The notes under the pieces: model-generated
Databases searched by the model: none
What the model was told of the DNA's origin: nothing
Seen by the model: the letters and a program-made list of their open reading frames with translations, nothing else
Assembly (NCBI GenBank): GCA_951813565.1
Contig: OX638351.1
Span: 4,992,001-5,056,000 of the forward strand
Direction of reading: 5' to 3'
Length of the DNA: 64,000 nucleotides
From: an uncultured Poribacteria bacterium
GTDB taxonomy: Bacteria; Poribacteria; WGA-4E; WGA-3G
In this document: positions 1-9,266 of the stretch, piece after piece
Numbering within the stretch: position 1 is the first letter of the stretch
Layout: every line of letters begins with the position of its first letter
Position numbers and translations under genes: made by a program

Positions 1-137
1 AAGTGCGCTTGGCGTTGATTTGGCAATGAATTGCGCGACTACAAACGCTTTTTTTCTTAAATTGACAGTTATGGAGCGGTTAGGAAACCGCTCCTACCGT
101 CCGGAAAATCCGATAAATCCCGTTAATTTGGTATTAT
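1..137. repeat. Right part of composite repeat element, near-identical to 63187-63323
   Basis: 1-137 matches 63187-63323 with about 2 mismatches. Contains the GTTGATTTG module end, a CTTAAATTGAC inverted-repeat end and a GGAGCGGTT/AACCGCTCC hairpin. Confidence 0.9.
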
Positions 138-229
138 AGGTTATAGAAAAACTATAATTAAAAGTATGGAACCATATATCAAATTTAAGGTGTCTGAAGT
201 GTTGAAACAAGACGTGTAGGAAAGAGAGA

Positions 230-301
230 AGCCGATGAGAGGATTTGAACCTCCGACCTACTGATTACGAATCAGTTGCTCTTCCACTGAGCTACACCGG
301 C
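230..301 (-). tRNA. tRNA-Thr(CGT)
   Basis: Reverse complement GCCGGTGTAGCTCAGTGGAAGAGC-ACTGA-TTCGTAA-TCAGT-AGGTCGGAGGTTCAAATCCTCTCATCGGC folds as a cloverleaf with anticodon CGT; CCA not encoded. Confidence 0.95.
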
Positions 302-323
302 TTGACATATTATAAAAAAGAAA

Positions 324-396
324 TGCCGAGAGGCAGAATCGAACTGCCGACACATAGATTTTCAGTCTACTGCTCTACCGACTGAGCTATCTCGGC
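324..396 (-). tRNA. tRNA-Phe(GAA)
   Basis: Reverse complement GCCGAGATAGCTCAGTCGGTAGAGCA-GTAGA-CTGAAAA-TCTAT-GTGTCGGCAGTTCGATTCTGCCTCTCGGCA; anticodon GAA. Confidence 0.95.
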
Positions 397-406
397 TCAA
401 CGATAT

Positions 407-435
407 ATTTTATCATTAAATGATATGATTGTCAA
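407..435 (-). promoter_or_regulatory. Sigma70-type promoter of the tRNA-Phe/tRNA-Thr pair
   Basis: Minus strand TTGACA-17 nt-TAAAAT with an extended -10 TG, about 10 nt upstream of tRNA-Phe. Confidence 0.8.
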
Positions 436-451
436 GTTTTTTGACAATTTT

Positions 452-1498
452 TTATTCGGACCAAATACCAATTTCTTTATAGAAACGGATCGCACCGGGG
501 TGAAAGGGCGTGCCTACATCTTTGACGGCATTTTTCTCATTGATGGCTTTGCCAGCTTTATGTGCCTTGACAACTTCAGCACGATGTGTATACAAGGTCT
601 TCGTAAAATGGTAAACCGTGTCTTCATCTGCATTCTCAGAAGTAATCAGATGCATCGAACCGACATTCATAGTATCAAAAGGTTCCGTCAGTACATTTTT
701 ATAGGCAGACGCAGGGATAGTCATAGAATTAAAGAAGGGGTACTTGTCAACAAGAGCCTGTTTCGCAGTTTCATCAAACGGAATAAAGAGAATATCTTGA
801 GTAGCGGAGGCTTGCTCAACCGCTGGCGTTGGAACTGCACCGCCGATAAACGCTGCGGCTGCAGAACGGTCTGCTAACAGATTTACGGCAGCACTGTATA
901 TATCGTTGAGGGGCGTAAAATCGTCATAAGTAACACCGTGCTCAGCTAATATTGGTCCGAGGAAATACTCAAAACCTGCTCCTGCAGGCCCAACAACGAC
1001 GCGTTTTCCTTTCAAATCAGCCATTGTGCGGATACCAGAGGATTTTGGTGTTACAAATAAGGCAACATTTGGAGCGAGTGTCATGACAGCACGGATAGGT
1101 TGTTCGGTTTGCCAAGCACCTTCCCCGCGAACTGCAAAGTAAGAAATTGCAGCATTGGCAAGCGCGAATTCTAAAGTAGCATCTTTCCTAACAAGAAGTC
1201 GTATGTTTTCTTGCGTGCCTTTAGTTCCCTCAGCGGTTACTTCCCAATTTTTATCAGTAATGTTCCGACTGACAACATCAGCAATTGCGCCACCGATAGT
1301 GTAAAAAGCGCCACCTAATGTGCCAGTACCGATACTGATAAAGCGGCGTTTCGATGTATTATTATCATCTGTTTTGGCAGCTGTATCACCTTGCTCATTT
1401 TTGGTATCGCTTTGCTTTGATGCGTTATCGCATCCGATTCCGAAACTCAAAGCAATAATAAAAAACAAAATAGATAAATACGATGTGATGAATTTCAT
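452..1498 (-). CDS. TAXI family TRAP transporter solute-binding lipoprotein
   Basis: Lipobox GIGC; SIGTGTLGGAFY, TKGTQENI, DLKGKRVVVGPAGAG and C-terminal PFHPGAIRFYKE are typical TAXI motifs. Confidence 0.9.
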   Translation of the reverse strand: MKFITSYLSILFFIIALSFGIGCDNASKQSDTKNEQGDTAAKTDDNNTSKRRFISIGTGTLGGAFYTIGGAIADVVSRNITDKNWEVTAEGTKGTQENIRLLVRKDATLEFALANAAISYFAVRGEGAWQTEQPIRAVMTLAPNVALFVTPKSSGIRTMADLKGKRVVVGPAGAGFEYFLGPILAEHGVTYDDFTPLNDIYSAAVNLLADRSAAAAFIGGAVPTPAVEQASATQDILFIPFDETAKQALVDKYPFFNSMTIPASAYKNVLTEPFDTMNVGSMHLITSENADEDTVYHFTKTLYTHRAEVVKAHKAGKAINEKNAVKDVGTPFHPGAIRFYKEIGIWSE

Positions 1499-1600
1499 AA
1501 ATGTTCTCCTATAAGGCTAATGCCAATAAAATTTTAATCAAAATGATGGGATATTACATGTTCTAACTGATATAACTCTAAATGTATGTGTTGTGCAATT

Positions 1601-2890
1601 TCACTGTGTAGCAGAACCAAGCGGCACCTCAGGTGGAAAATAACACATCTTTGACATCGCTGGAAAGATGTGTGTTACGTCTCGTCTATAAACATCTCCA
1701 CTTAAGATGTCTACGATGCCACCAAGATGTTGGGGATATTCTGACAGGAACCGTGCAAAACTAAATTCCTTTGTATAGAAAGCATAAACCAGCTTACGAA
1801 ATGCCTCCATTCCGTTAACAAACGTTTGTCCGAAACTTCCCAACCGTGTTTCAGAAAAATCATTTTCTCGGAACGCTTCAATGATTGCATCTGCAGCCAT
1901 TTCACCAGATTTGAGTGCTAAAAACAGACCTGTTGAATACACCGGGTCTAAGAACCCGAACGCGTCCCCTATTAACACCCAATTCTCGCCTGCAATTCGG
2001 CTTGCACGATACGAAAAATCCTTTGTTGTTTGAATAGGATACAGTTGTTTTGCACCTTCAAGCCGTTGCTTCAAAGGTTGGCATTTCTGCAATTCTTCGT
2101 CAAATATTTTCTGTGCGTTGAGTTTACCGTCAGGTTCTCTACGATTTTGGAGTAGGTAGTCCAACTCACCGACTACCCCGATGCTGGTACGATTGTACGG
2201 TAACGGAATTGACCAGAACCAGGAATCTTTATCTTCAGTATGCAGAATAAGTGTCGCACCTTCGTCAATTCCTTCGTCCCGATGCCCTCCTTCGTAATGC
2301 GTAAATAGAGATGCCTTCTTCAGATTCGGTTCTATGGTGTTGAGGTCTAACTGTCTTCCTATGAGAGAACGTTGTCCAGTTGAATCCACAATAACGGTTC
2401 CGTGTATTGTTTCAAGGTTATTATTTCCATCTCTGGGAGGTCTTCCTTGTGCGACAACACCGATCGCCTTTTCACCTTCAAAAAGCACTTTACGGACACT
2501 GATACCTCTGCGTACTTCTACCCCCTTCTCCGCCGCATTGTCCAAAAGCATCTGGTCAAACTCGCTACGCAGGACCTGCCATGTAACAGCACTTTCATGC
2601 GGATTGGTATCAAAGAAGTAGAATGGATTAGTAGCCTTACCCGTGCGCGTAAAAAACTGCACACTGAACTTCTGTGGAAAATGACTCGCTCGTAGTTTGT
2701 CAAGCATACCGAGTCGTTTGAACGTCCAGTACGTGGCAGGAATCAACGATTCACCGATTTTGAAAGTTGGTTCTGCGTAGCGTTCAAGGAGTAGAACCCG
2801 GTAACCTTTCTCCGCAATGAGCGTAGCAGCAGTGCTTCCTGCAGGCCCGCCGCCGATAATAATAGTGTCGTAGTTTTGGTACGTGTTCAT
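1601..2890 (-). CDS. FAD-dependent oxidoreductase, flavin-dependent halogenase-like
   Basis: GGGPAG Rossmann motif, KIGESL, WFWSIP (WxWxIP halogenase motif), GDAFGFLDPVYSTG. Confidence 0.8.
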   Translation of the reverse strand: MNTYQNYDTIIIGGGPAGSTAATLIAEKGYRVLLLERYAEPTFKIGESLIPATYWTFKRLGMLDKLRASHFPQKFSVQFFTRTGKATNPFYFFDTNPHESAVTWQVLRSEFDQMLLDNAAEKGVEVRRGISVRKVLFEGEKAIGVVAQGRPPRDGNNNLETIHGTVIVDSTGQRSLIGRQLDLNTIEPNLKKASLFTHYEGGHRDEGIDEGATLILHTEDKDSWFWSIPLPYNRTSIGVVGELDYLLQNRREPDGKLNAQKIFDEELQKCQPLKQRLEGAKQLYPIQTTKDFSYRASRIAGENWVLIGDAFGFLDPVYSTGLFLALKSGEMAADAIIEAFRENDFSETRLGSFGQTFVNGMEAFRKLVYAFYTKEFSFARFLSEYPQHLGGIVDILSGDVYRRDVTHIFPAMSKMCYFPPEVPLGSATQ

Positions 2891-2950
2891 AGGACGCTTT
2901 CAATAGGGAAAGTTTGTCTCAAGTTTTCTTGATGTTTTTTTAGTAGAAAT

Positions 2951-3157
2951 TCAATAGTTAATCCGCTGCTTTTCCGTCGGTAGTTTTGACGGGTTTCGGA
3001 TTTTTAGGTGGTGGATCTGCAAATTTGTATTTACCAGATTTACGATACTCTTCTCTAATGCTTGATAGTGCGCAACCAATTTACCCATATCGTGGTTGAA
3101 TTTCGCGGATATCTCTCGGCGTATCCTGTGAATTTCATCAAGTTCATAGTCTGCCAT
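2951..3157 (-). CDS. Small hypothetical protein, possibly frameshifted near 3050
   Basis: RBS AAGGAG before ATG at 3157 (MADYELDEIHRIRREISA). An alternative frame after LEK reads EYRKSGKYKFAD, suggesting a 1-nt loss. Confidence 0.45.
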   Translation of the reverse strand: MADYELDEIHRIRREISAKFNHDMGKLVAHYQALEKSIVNLVNTNLQIHHLKIRNPSKLPTEKQRINY

Positions 3158-3225
3158 TTTTGTTCTCCTTGTCAAACAATTATAGCCTCTCAAGGATTGA
3201 ATTGTCAAGGAAAATGCTTGTTCAT

Positions 3226-4476
3226 CTATAGGGAACGCTCATCGGTGAATCGCTTGGATTTAAGTTCATATCTCGGCAAAGTTCCAAGCGGTACAACTTT
3301 CACGATTGTGCGTAAACCTAACGCATTCCGAATAGCGTTTCCAACAGCAGTTGCAGTATCAGCAGGATTTGCGTTAGTAGATTCAATCTGAATTTCAAGT
3401 TCATCAAGTGTTTCCGTTCGGTAAGCACGAACTGCAAATTCACATACATCGGAAAACTTAAGGATGATATTTTCAATTGTGGCGGGATATAGGTTCAAAC
3501 CACGTATTATAATAGCGTTGTCTAACCGTCCGATAACACCACCATCAAGGACACGATGTTGGCTTCCACATTCGCAAGGTGTGGGTTTGAGTTTGACATA
3601 ATCACCTGTCCGATAACGAATTACTGGCATGCCAATTCGACCTAAATTGGTAATGACTAACTCCCCTTCGTTTGATGGATTACCCGTTTTTGTATCAAGT
3701 ACTTCACAGATAAACTCATCTTCGTTGAGGTGAACCCCTGCTTGCGGTTGGCACATTACACCCCATGCCCCAACTTCCGTAGCTCCTGCATGGTCGTAAG
3801 CACGTGCTCCCCAACCATCTTCAATACGTTTTTTTGTTGCAGATAGACTTGCACCGGGTTCACCCGCGTGGATTGTTACGCAAACTTTAGAATCTTTGCT
3901 GAGGTTAACTCCCTCTTGCGCTGCGACTTCGGCGAGGCGTAATGCATAGGTCGGTGTGCAAATTACTACCGTCACATCGTTACTGAGGATAGCACGTATC
4001 CGTTGCTCAGAAGTCAACCCGCCGTTTGCGATGGTGAGTGCACCGAGCTGCTGCGCGCCGTGATATGCACTCCAGAAACCGATAAATGGACCGAAAGAAA
4101 ACGCCATCATGAGTCGATCTGACGATGTCACCCCTGCAGCAGTATAAATGTCTCTCCAGCATTTTCCCCACCAGTCCCATGATTCTCTTGTATCCAACCA
4201 GCGCAATGGTGAACCTGTTGTCCCAGAGGTCTGATGTAGGCAGGTGTATTGTTCCAGCGGAAAGGTGAGATTTGTGCCGTAAGGTGGATGCGACACTTGA
4301 TCTGCACTGAGTTCGTCTTTTGTGGTAAAGGGGAGTTGCTGATAGTCTGATAGCGTTTGAATGTCGTTAGGATGGGCAATTCCAGCTTCGATAAGTTTTT
4401 TTTTGTAGAATGCGTTTGTTTCTAATGCCGGAGCGAGCATTTCGCGCAGGCGGTGTAATTGTGTTTTTTTATCCAT
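3226..4476 (-). CDS. Phenylacetate-CoA ligase family (ANL superfamily) protein
   Basis: LPFTTK, HQTSGTTG P-loop, GEPG, HAGATE, PVIRYRTGD, GRLD. Confidence 0.85.
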   Translation of the reverse strand: MDKKTQLHRLREMLAPALETNAFYKKKLIEAGIAHPNDIQTLSDYQQLPFTTKDELSADQVSHPPYGTNLTFPLEQYTCLHQTSGTTGSPLRWLDTRESWDWWGKCWRDIYTAAGVTSSDRLMMAFSFGPFIGFWSAYHGAQQLGALTIANGGLTSEQRIRAILSNDVTVVICTPTYALRLAEVAAQEGVNLSKDSKVCVTIHAGEPGASLSATKKRIEDGWGARAYDHAGATEVGAWGVMCQPQAGVHLNEDEFICEVLDTKTGNPSNEGELVITNLGRIGMPVIRYRTGDYVKLKPTPCECGSQHRVLDGGVIGRLDNAIIIRGLNLYPATIENIILKFSDVCEFAVRAYRTETLDELEIQIESTNANPADTATAVGNAIRNALGLRTIVKVVPLGTLPRYELKSKRFTDERSL

Positions 4477-4487
4477 GCTTGTTGAGA

Positions 4488-4697
4488 TTAACTCGTAGAA
4501 TTGAGAGTATGAGCTGCAAAATGAAATGCTGCGAGCACACCCTCATGAGTAAGACGAGGATAAGATTCAAGCAATTGTTCAATTGTTTCACCTGCGGCAA
4601 ATTTTTCCAATATTAATTCAACAGGAATACGGGTGCCAGCAATAACAGGTTTACCCATCATAATTGATGGATTACATTCAATGAGTTTTGTATTCAT
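4488..4697 (-). CDS. DUF433 domain protein (antitoxin-like)
   Basis: NPSIMMGKPVIAGTRIPV...GETIEQLLESYP. Confidence 0.85.
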   Translation of the reverse strand: MNTKLIECNPSIMMGKPVIAGTRIPVELILEKFAAGETIEQLLESYPRLTHEGVLAAFHFAAHTLNSTS

Positions 4698-4745
4698 GTT
4701 TTCATTCCTTCCATGAGAAAAAATATATCTGTTGAATCAGGTTGC

Positions 4746-6086
4746 TTAGGTATATCGCGTATTCTGATATTCAGGCGCATAAAACGCTGGAAGCAAACTA
4801 TCAACTTGCAGCAGTCCACGTTGGGTTAGTTGGATAGTATCGGCTGCAGCATCAACGTGCAACATACCATCGTTTTGCAGTTTTTCATAAGCATCAGCGT
4901 AAAGTGTTAGGATATCTACGTTGAATTTGGTTTGGAAATAGGAAGGCTTTATTTTTCCAAGTTTGAGCTGCAGGATCATCTCACGTGTCAACCTTTCCGC
5001 TTCTGTAGGTTTCAACGCGCGATAGATAGGTAGGTTATTTTCCTCAAGGTTACTGAGATAGTCTCCCCATGATGGTGCGTTTTGAAAGTGAATCCCACTG
5101 AGATGTGAAAAAGATGCAACGCCTGTACCTATCATATCGCTTCCTTGCCACACAGCATCACGATAGACGAACTGACACGGTTTGTCTTTTTTAAGTACTG
5201 TATAAGCACTGGATTGTGTGTAACCGACTTCCGCAAATTGTTCAAAAGCGTACTGATGCCATTCCCGCTTCAGTTTCCAATCTGCCACAGGCAACGCATC
5301 TCCACCAAGAATATCTTTGGAATAGACGGTGTTGAACGGCAATTCAAGTTGATAGACGGTGATGCTGTCAGGATCAAGTTCAATCGTCTTTTTAACAGTC
5401 TCGCGCCAACTTTCCCATGTTTCCCCAATCATACCAGAGATAAGGTCAATGTTAACTTGGTCAAATGCCAATTCCTTGATCCAAGGGTCAATGCGATATA
5501 CTTCTTTTGAGAGGTGTGCCCTACCGTTTTCAGCAAGAATTTCGTCATTCAAATTCTCAACACCAAGACTCAAACGGGTCACGCCGATCGCTTTGATGGC
5601 TTCTAATTTCTTTTGGGTTAACGTACCGGGTTCACACTCAAAAGCGACCTCTTCTGCAGCATCCCACGGCAGCACATTCTTCACTCTGTCAACCAATGTT
5701 GTCAGATGTTTGACACTAATGTATGAAGGAGTGCCACCACCGAAATACACAAACCGCAAAGGTCTACCTGCAATAGCCGGTTGTTTGCTGTATAGTTCAA
5801 CCTCTTTAGCGAGGGTGTTTAGGTAAGTGTCAATTTCTGAACTGTTTTTGTCTGTATATACCCGAAAGTAGCAGAATTTGCAACGTTTGCGGCAGAAGGG
5901 AATGTGCAAGTAAAGTCCAAGTGTAGCATCCGGGCGCGGTTCTTCACCGAGCGCGCGATGCACCTCCGTAACTGCTGGTTCGTTCCATGTAGAATACGGT
6001 GGATAGTTGGAAACAAAAACGCTACCAACTGTTGTCTGTTTTGATTCTATTCCTGCTGTCGCAGGTTCCGGTTTTGTTGTAGACAT
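4746..6086 (-). CDS. HemN-like (coproporphyrinogen III oxidase family) radical SAM protein
   Basis: LYLHIPFCRKRCKFC (CxxxCxxC), YFGGGTPS, RLSLGV, NIDLI. Confidence 0.85.
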   Translation of the reverse strand: MSTTKPEPATAGIESKQTTVGSVFVSNYPPYSTWNEPAVTEVHRALGEEPRPDATLGLYLHIPFCRKRCKFCYFRVYTDKNSSEIDTYLNTLAKEVELYSKQPAIAGRPLRFVYFGGGTPSYISVKHLTTLVDRVKNVLPWDAAEEVAFECEPGTLTQKKLEAIKAIGVTRLSLGVENLNDEILAENGRAHLSKEVYRIDPWIKELAFDQVNIDLISGMIGETWESWRETVKKTIELDPDSITVYQLELPFNTVYSKDILGGDALPVADWKLKREWHQYAFEQFAEVGYTQSSAYTVLKKDKPCQFVYRDAVWQGSDMIGTGVASFSHLSGIHFQNAPSWGDYLSNLEENNLPIYRALKPTEAERLTREMILQLKLGKIKPSYFQTKFNVDILTLYADAYEKLQNDGMLHVDAAADTIQLTQRGLLQVDSLLPAFYAPEYQNTRYT

Positions 6087-7255
6087 TATTTCTTTTCTCC
6101 AAAGCAGTAGAGGACTCCATCCTCATTTCCGATATATATTTTTCCACCAGCAACGCTGGGTGATGCTACAATAGACGATGCCGTTTCAAATTCCCACACT
6201 TGTTCTCCGGTAGTTATATCCAAGGCAATGAACACGCCACGAGTTGTTCCAAAAAAGACGCGTTTCCCAACGATGACCGGAGAAGACTCAATTCTGGATT
6301 TAGCGGTAAAAGTCCATTGTGGTTCACCTTTTTCTGGTGAAAGCGCATGTACCATCTTATCACGTCCGCCAATAATAACAAGGTCTTCTGTTACAGCAGC
6401 TGAAGCAAAAAATGGTAACTTCCGCTCCGGATGTTCATACCGCCACGCAATTTCACCAGATGTAAGGTTAACTCCCAACACTTCGTTACCGTACGTTCCG
6501 CAATATACACGAACTTCAGATCCAATTGATGAGTCAGTGTTTGTGTTTAAAATTGCGGGACTCGCGCCGACGTACGCGCCAAGGTTTACCTGTTGTGTCT
6601 CAGTCCCATCGTCAATATTGATAACGCGTAAATAACTATCGCATCCTGTAACAATAACTAAATTTCCGAAAATTGCAGGTGTACCGTGTACATATCCTTC
6701 GGTTTCAAATTTCCATACCAATTCACCATTTTCTATGTTAAGACAGTATAGAAATCCATCATACGAACCGAATAGCACCCGGTTACCAGCAAAATTCGCT
6801 GATGAAATAATCTCACCCTCCGCGCTAAACTGCCATTTCTTTTTTTCGGTGGCAATATCCACAGCATGAAAAATGCCTTCACCATCCCCAAAGTAGATAA
6901 CATTATTATGTACAGAAGGTGAAGATTTTATCGGACCGGTTGCCTGATACTTCCACTTGCTTTTACCGGTTTGTGCGTCAATTGCATAGAGGAATCCATC
7001 TGAAGCTCCGAGATATACAGTGCTATCAACGATTGTAGCGGTAGACTCAATCATATCCCCTGCTTTGAATGCCCAGAGCAACTCAAGCTTATCGGGAAGT
7101 TGTGAATCAGCGACACCCGTGAGCTGCGGATTACCTCGAAAACTTGCCCAATTGCCAAATGCAGAACGCATTATAGGCACCAACACAAAAAATAAGATAG
7201 CAACAGACACACTCCAATATGGTAATGTCTTCGACTTTTCAATAAATTTGTTCAT
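6086..7255 (-). CDS. PQQ-binding-like (BamB-type) beta-propeller protein
   Basis: Repeated SSP...G..DG.LY..D..TG...W motifs; N-terminal hydrophobic segment. Confidence 0.85.
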   Translation of the reverse strand: MNKFIEKSKTLPYWSVSVAILFFVLVPIMRSAFGNWASFRGNPQLTGVADSQLPDKLELLWAFKAGDMIESTATIVDSTVYLGASDGFLYAIDAQTGKSKWKYQATGPIKSSPSVHNNVIYFGDGEGIFHAVDIATEKKKWQFSAEGEIISSANFAGNRVLFGSYDGFLYCLNIENGELVWKFETEGYVHGTPAIFGNLVIVTGCDSYLRVINIDDGTETQQVNLGAYVGASPAILNTNTDSSIGSEVRVYCGTYGNEVLGVNLTSGEIAWRYEHPERKLPFFASAAVTEDLVIIGGRDKMVHALSPEKGEPQWTFTAKSRIESSPVIVGKRVFFGTTRGVFIALDITTGEQVWEFETASSIVASPSVAGGKIYIGNEDGVLYCFGEKK

Positions 7256-8360
7256 ATAGTCTCATAAAATCGTGTATACTCAAAGAGCGCGGGTTAAACT
7301 GCGCGGTCCACTGTCCAGCGGCTTCTTTTGCCAATGTAGCTATGTCAGTTGATTTTATATGATGTTGGACAGGGCAATCTTGTAATGTGTTCGGTAAATC
7401 ACCTGTTTGCATTAACGCTTCAATTCTGTCGGCCAAATTTCCGTCCGGATAAAGTTCGTGATAAGCTTCATCTGCGATTGTCTTGTTAAACCGAATGACA
7501 TGCGGTAACATCAAGGCAACAGCGATGCCGTGTGTGATGCCATATCTTGCTGTCAACGGATTGGCACACGCGTGCGCGGCTCCCAGCATTGAATTTTCTA
7601 TCGCAACCCCAGCGAGATAAGCACCAAGTAACATTTTTCCGCGCGCTTCACTATTTTTGGCATCAAGTGCCAATTCGAAATTAGTATCTAAAAGTTGCCA
7701 TGCGCGTAACGAAAACATTTGTGACATTGGGTTGCATCTCGTTGAGACAAAACTCTCAATTGCGTGTGCGATGGCGTCTATGCCTGTGATTGCAGCAACC
7801 AATCTCGGTAAAGTCTCGGTTAATAGTGGATCTAAAATTACAGTGCCAAATTGCGCTTTTTTATCACCACACGCCATTTTGATATGTGTATCTTCCTGTG
7901 CAATTAGGGCAAAAGATTGTGCGTCACTTCCTGTACCAATTGTTGTTGGAATACCGATAGATGGAAGCATCGGTTGTGTTGCTTTGTTTGTTCCCCAGTA
8001 GTCCTGCATTTTACCACCGTTGGTGAGTAGGAAATTTGCGCCTTTTGCACAATCCATCGCACTTCCCCCACCGAGTCCGATGATCAGGTCAATCGGTGCG
8101 TTTGCCTTGGCAAATTGAACCGCAGCGTCAACATGTTTCGTCGTCGGGTTTGGATCAACACCAGTGAAAACGTAACATGGAATCTTCTCACTATTCAGTG
8201 CTGAATATGCGCGTTTGAGGATGCCTGCCTCTTCAATACCAGGGTCCGTGACGAGTAAAACGCGATTACCTCCAAGAAAAATCGTAGATTCAGCAAGTTT
8301 TTCAATACTGTTTTCGCCAAAGATAACGCGTTGTGCCAAATTTGAGTCAAAAGAAACCAT
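7239..8360 (-). CDS. Iron-containing alcohol dehydrogenase
   Basis: GLGGGSAMD, PTTIGTGS, DAIAHAIE, HACANP, HG metal ligands. Confidence 0.9.
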   Translation of the reverse strand: MVSFDSNLAQRVIFGENSIEKLAESTIFLGGNRVLLVTDPGIEEAGILKRAYSALNSEKIPCYVFTGVDPNPTTKHVDAAVQFAKANAPIDLIIGLGGGSAMDCAKGANFLLTNGGKMQDYWGTNKATQPMLPSIGIPTTIGTGSDAQSFALIAQEDTHIKMACGDKKAQFGTVILDPLLTETLPRLVAAITGIDAIAHAIESFVSTRCNPMSQMFSLRAWQLLDTNFELALDAKNSEARGKMLLGAYLAGVAIENSMLGAAHACANPLTARYGITHGIAVALMLPHVIRFNKTIADEAYHELYPDGNLADRIEALMQTGDLPNTLQDCPVQHHIKSTDIATLAKEAAGQWTAQFNPRSLSIHDFMRLYEQIY

Positions 8361-8465
8361 ATTAATGTCGTTTCCGATTTGTTAGACATAAAACGGGTTT
8401 AGATACTGTCTGTATGTTAAATTATATCAGATATTGGTTAAGGTATCAAGGAAAGAAAGTAGGTA

Positions 8466-9106
8466 GGGTGTGTAAATATTTGGTTACATAGGTTCAATTT
8501 GCAATGATTACGCGGCGTTTTCCACTGTAGAGCGGGGTCCCGGGGAATGCCATAAGGCATTCATACCCGGTGAATAACTAAATGTTATTCATACCGTTGA
8601 TTTCTTGATTTGGTGCCCCATAGCCGTCAATTTAAGGATATACCCTCTTGTGGGAGCGAATCAACGCAGCATGCGCGTATGGCATGCTGCCAAATCAACG
8701 CCAAATGCGACGAGTGCCATACGCGCGCTCGGCGTTGATTCTGCTTTTGGCATTTGTCCAAATCAACGCAGCATGCGCGTGTGGCATGCTGCCAAATCAA
8801 CGCCAAATGCGCTTTTTGGCATTTGGCGGGTTTTCAACCCCGATAAATACATATAAATCGGGCTTATAAAGCCCTCCCACAAGAGGTAATACCAAATTAC
8901 CCAAAATCGTAGGGGCGGGTCTCTGTGCCCGCCCGTGTTCTCAGCAGTGAAAACAATACAAAACTCGTTAATTTGGTATAATCTGGTAATTGTGTGCTTA
9001 AATTGACGCCTATGGGCGGGGTCCCGGGGAATGCCTTTTGGCATTCCCCGGAGACCCGCCCCTACAATAGGAGTTGTGCGGATTTCTACAAAAACTTTAC
9101 ACACCC
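8466..9106. mobile_element. Non-autonomous MITE (641 bp) with 11-bp TIR and 9-bp target-site duplication
   Basis: Ends GGGTGTGTAAA / TTTACACACCC; direct repeat AAGTAGGTA at 8457-8465 and 9107-9115; no transposase inside. Confidence 0.85.
8619..9014. repeat. Inner inverted-repeat-bounded element (GTCAATTTAAG family)
   Basis: CATAGCCGTCAATTTAAG ... CTTAAATTGACGCCTATG (17/18 inverted match). 8625-8844 is near-identical to 62868-63088. Confidence 0.8.
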
Positions 9107-9176
9107 AAGTAGGTATGCCACCACTTGTTTCATTACAAACGAACTTTGAGAAGGTTTAAAAAAAATAGACTTAAAA

Positions 9177-9214
9177 AATAAAAACGGCGAACGAGAATAT
9201 TACTCCATTCGCCG
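9177..9214 (-). terminator. Probable intrinsic terminator of the 9267-10097 gene
   Basis: CGGCGAA...TTCGCCG stem followed by a T-run on the minus strand. Confidence 0.6.
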
Positions 9215-9266
9215 CTCAGGTGTTTCAAAGGCTGTGCATTACAGTTGTTGTATTAATTGCGAACAA

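Noticed and set aside
1..137. Identity between the window start and 63187-63323 as a sign of circularity or prophage att sites
   Set aside because: The sequence belongs to a dispersed repeat family, and no integrase or phage genes are present.
230..396. tRNA-anchored genomic island
   Set aside because: No integrase and no duplicated tRNA 3' end seen in the window.
425..877. Opposite-strand and out-of-frame shadow ORFs throughout the track (e.g. 425-877, 16819-17358, 56569-57219)
   Set aside because: They overlap well-supported genes and show no protein-family signal.
4746..6086. Naming the radical SAM gene hemN
   Set aside because: No heme pathway context, and the family contains many non-heme enzymes.
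8648..8844. Recurrent AATCAAC units as a CRISPR array
   Set aside because: The constant part is only 7-9 nt, the intervening sequences are themselves repeated hairpins, spacing is irregular and no cas genes are present.
8605..9104. ORFs at 8605, 8648, 8763 and 62839-63215
   Set aside because: They lie entirely within palindromic repeat DNA with no RBS or protein motifs.
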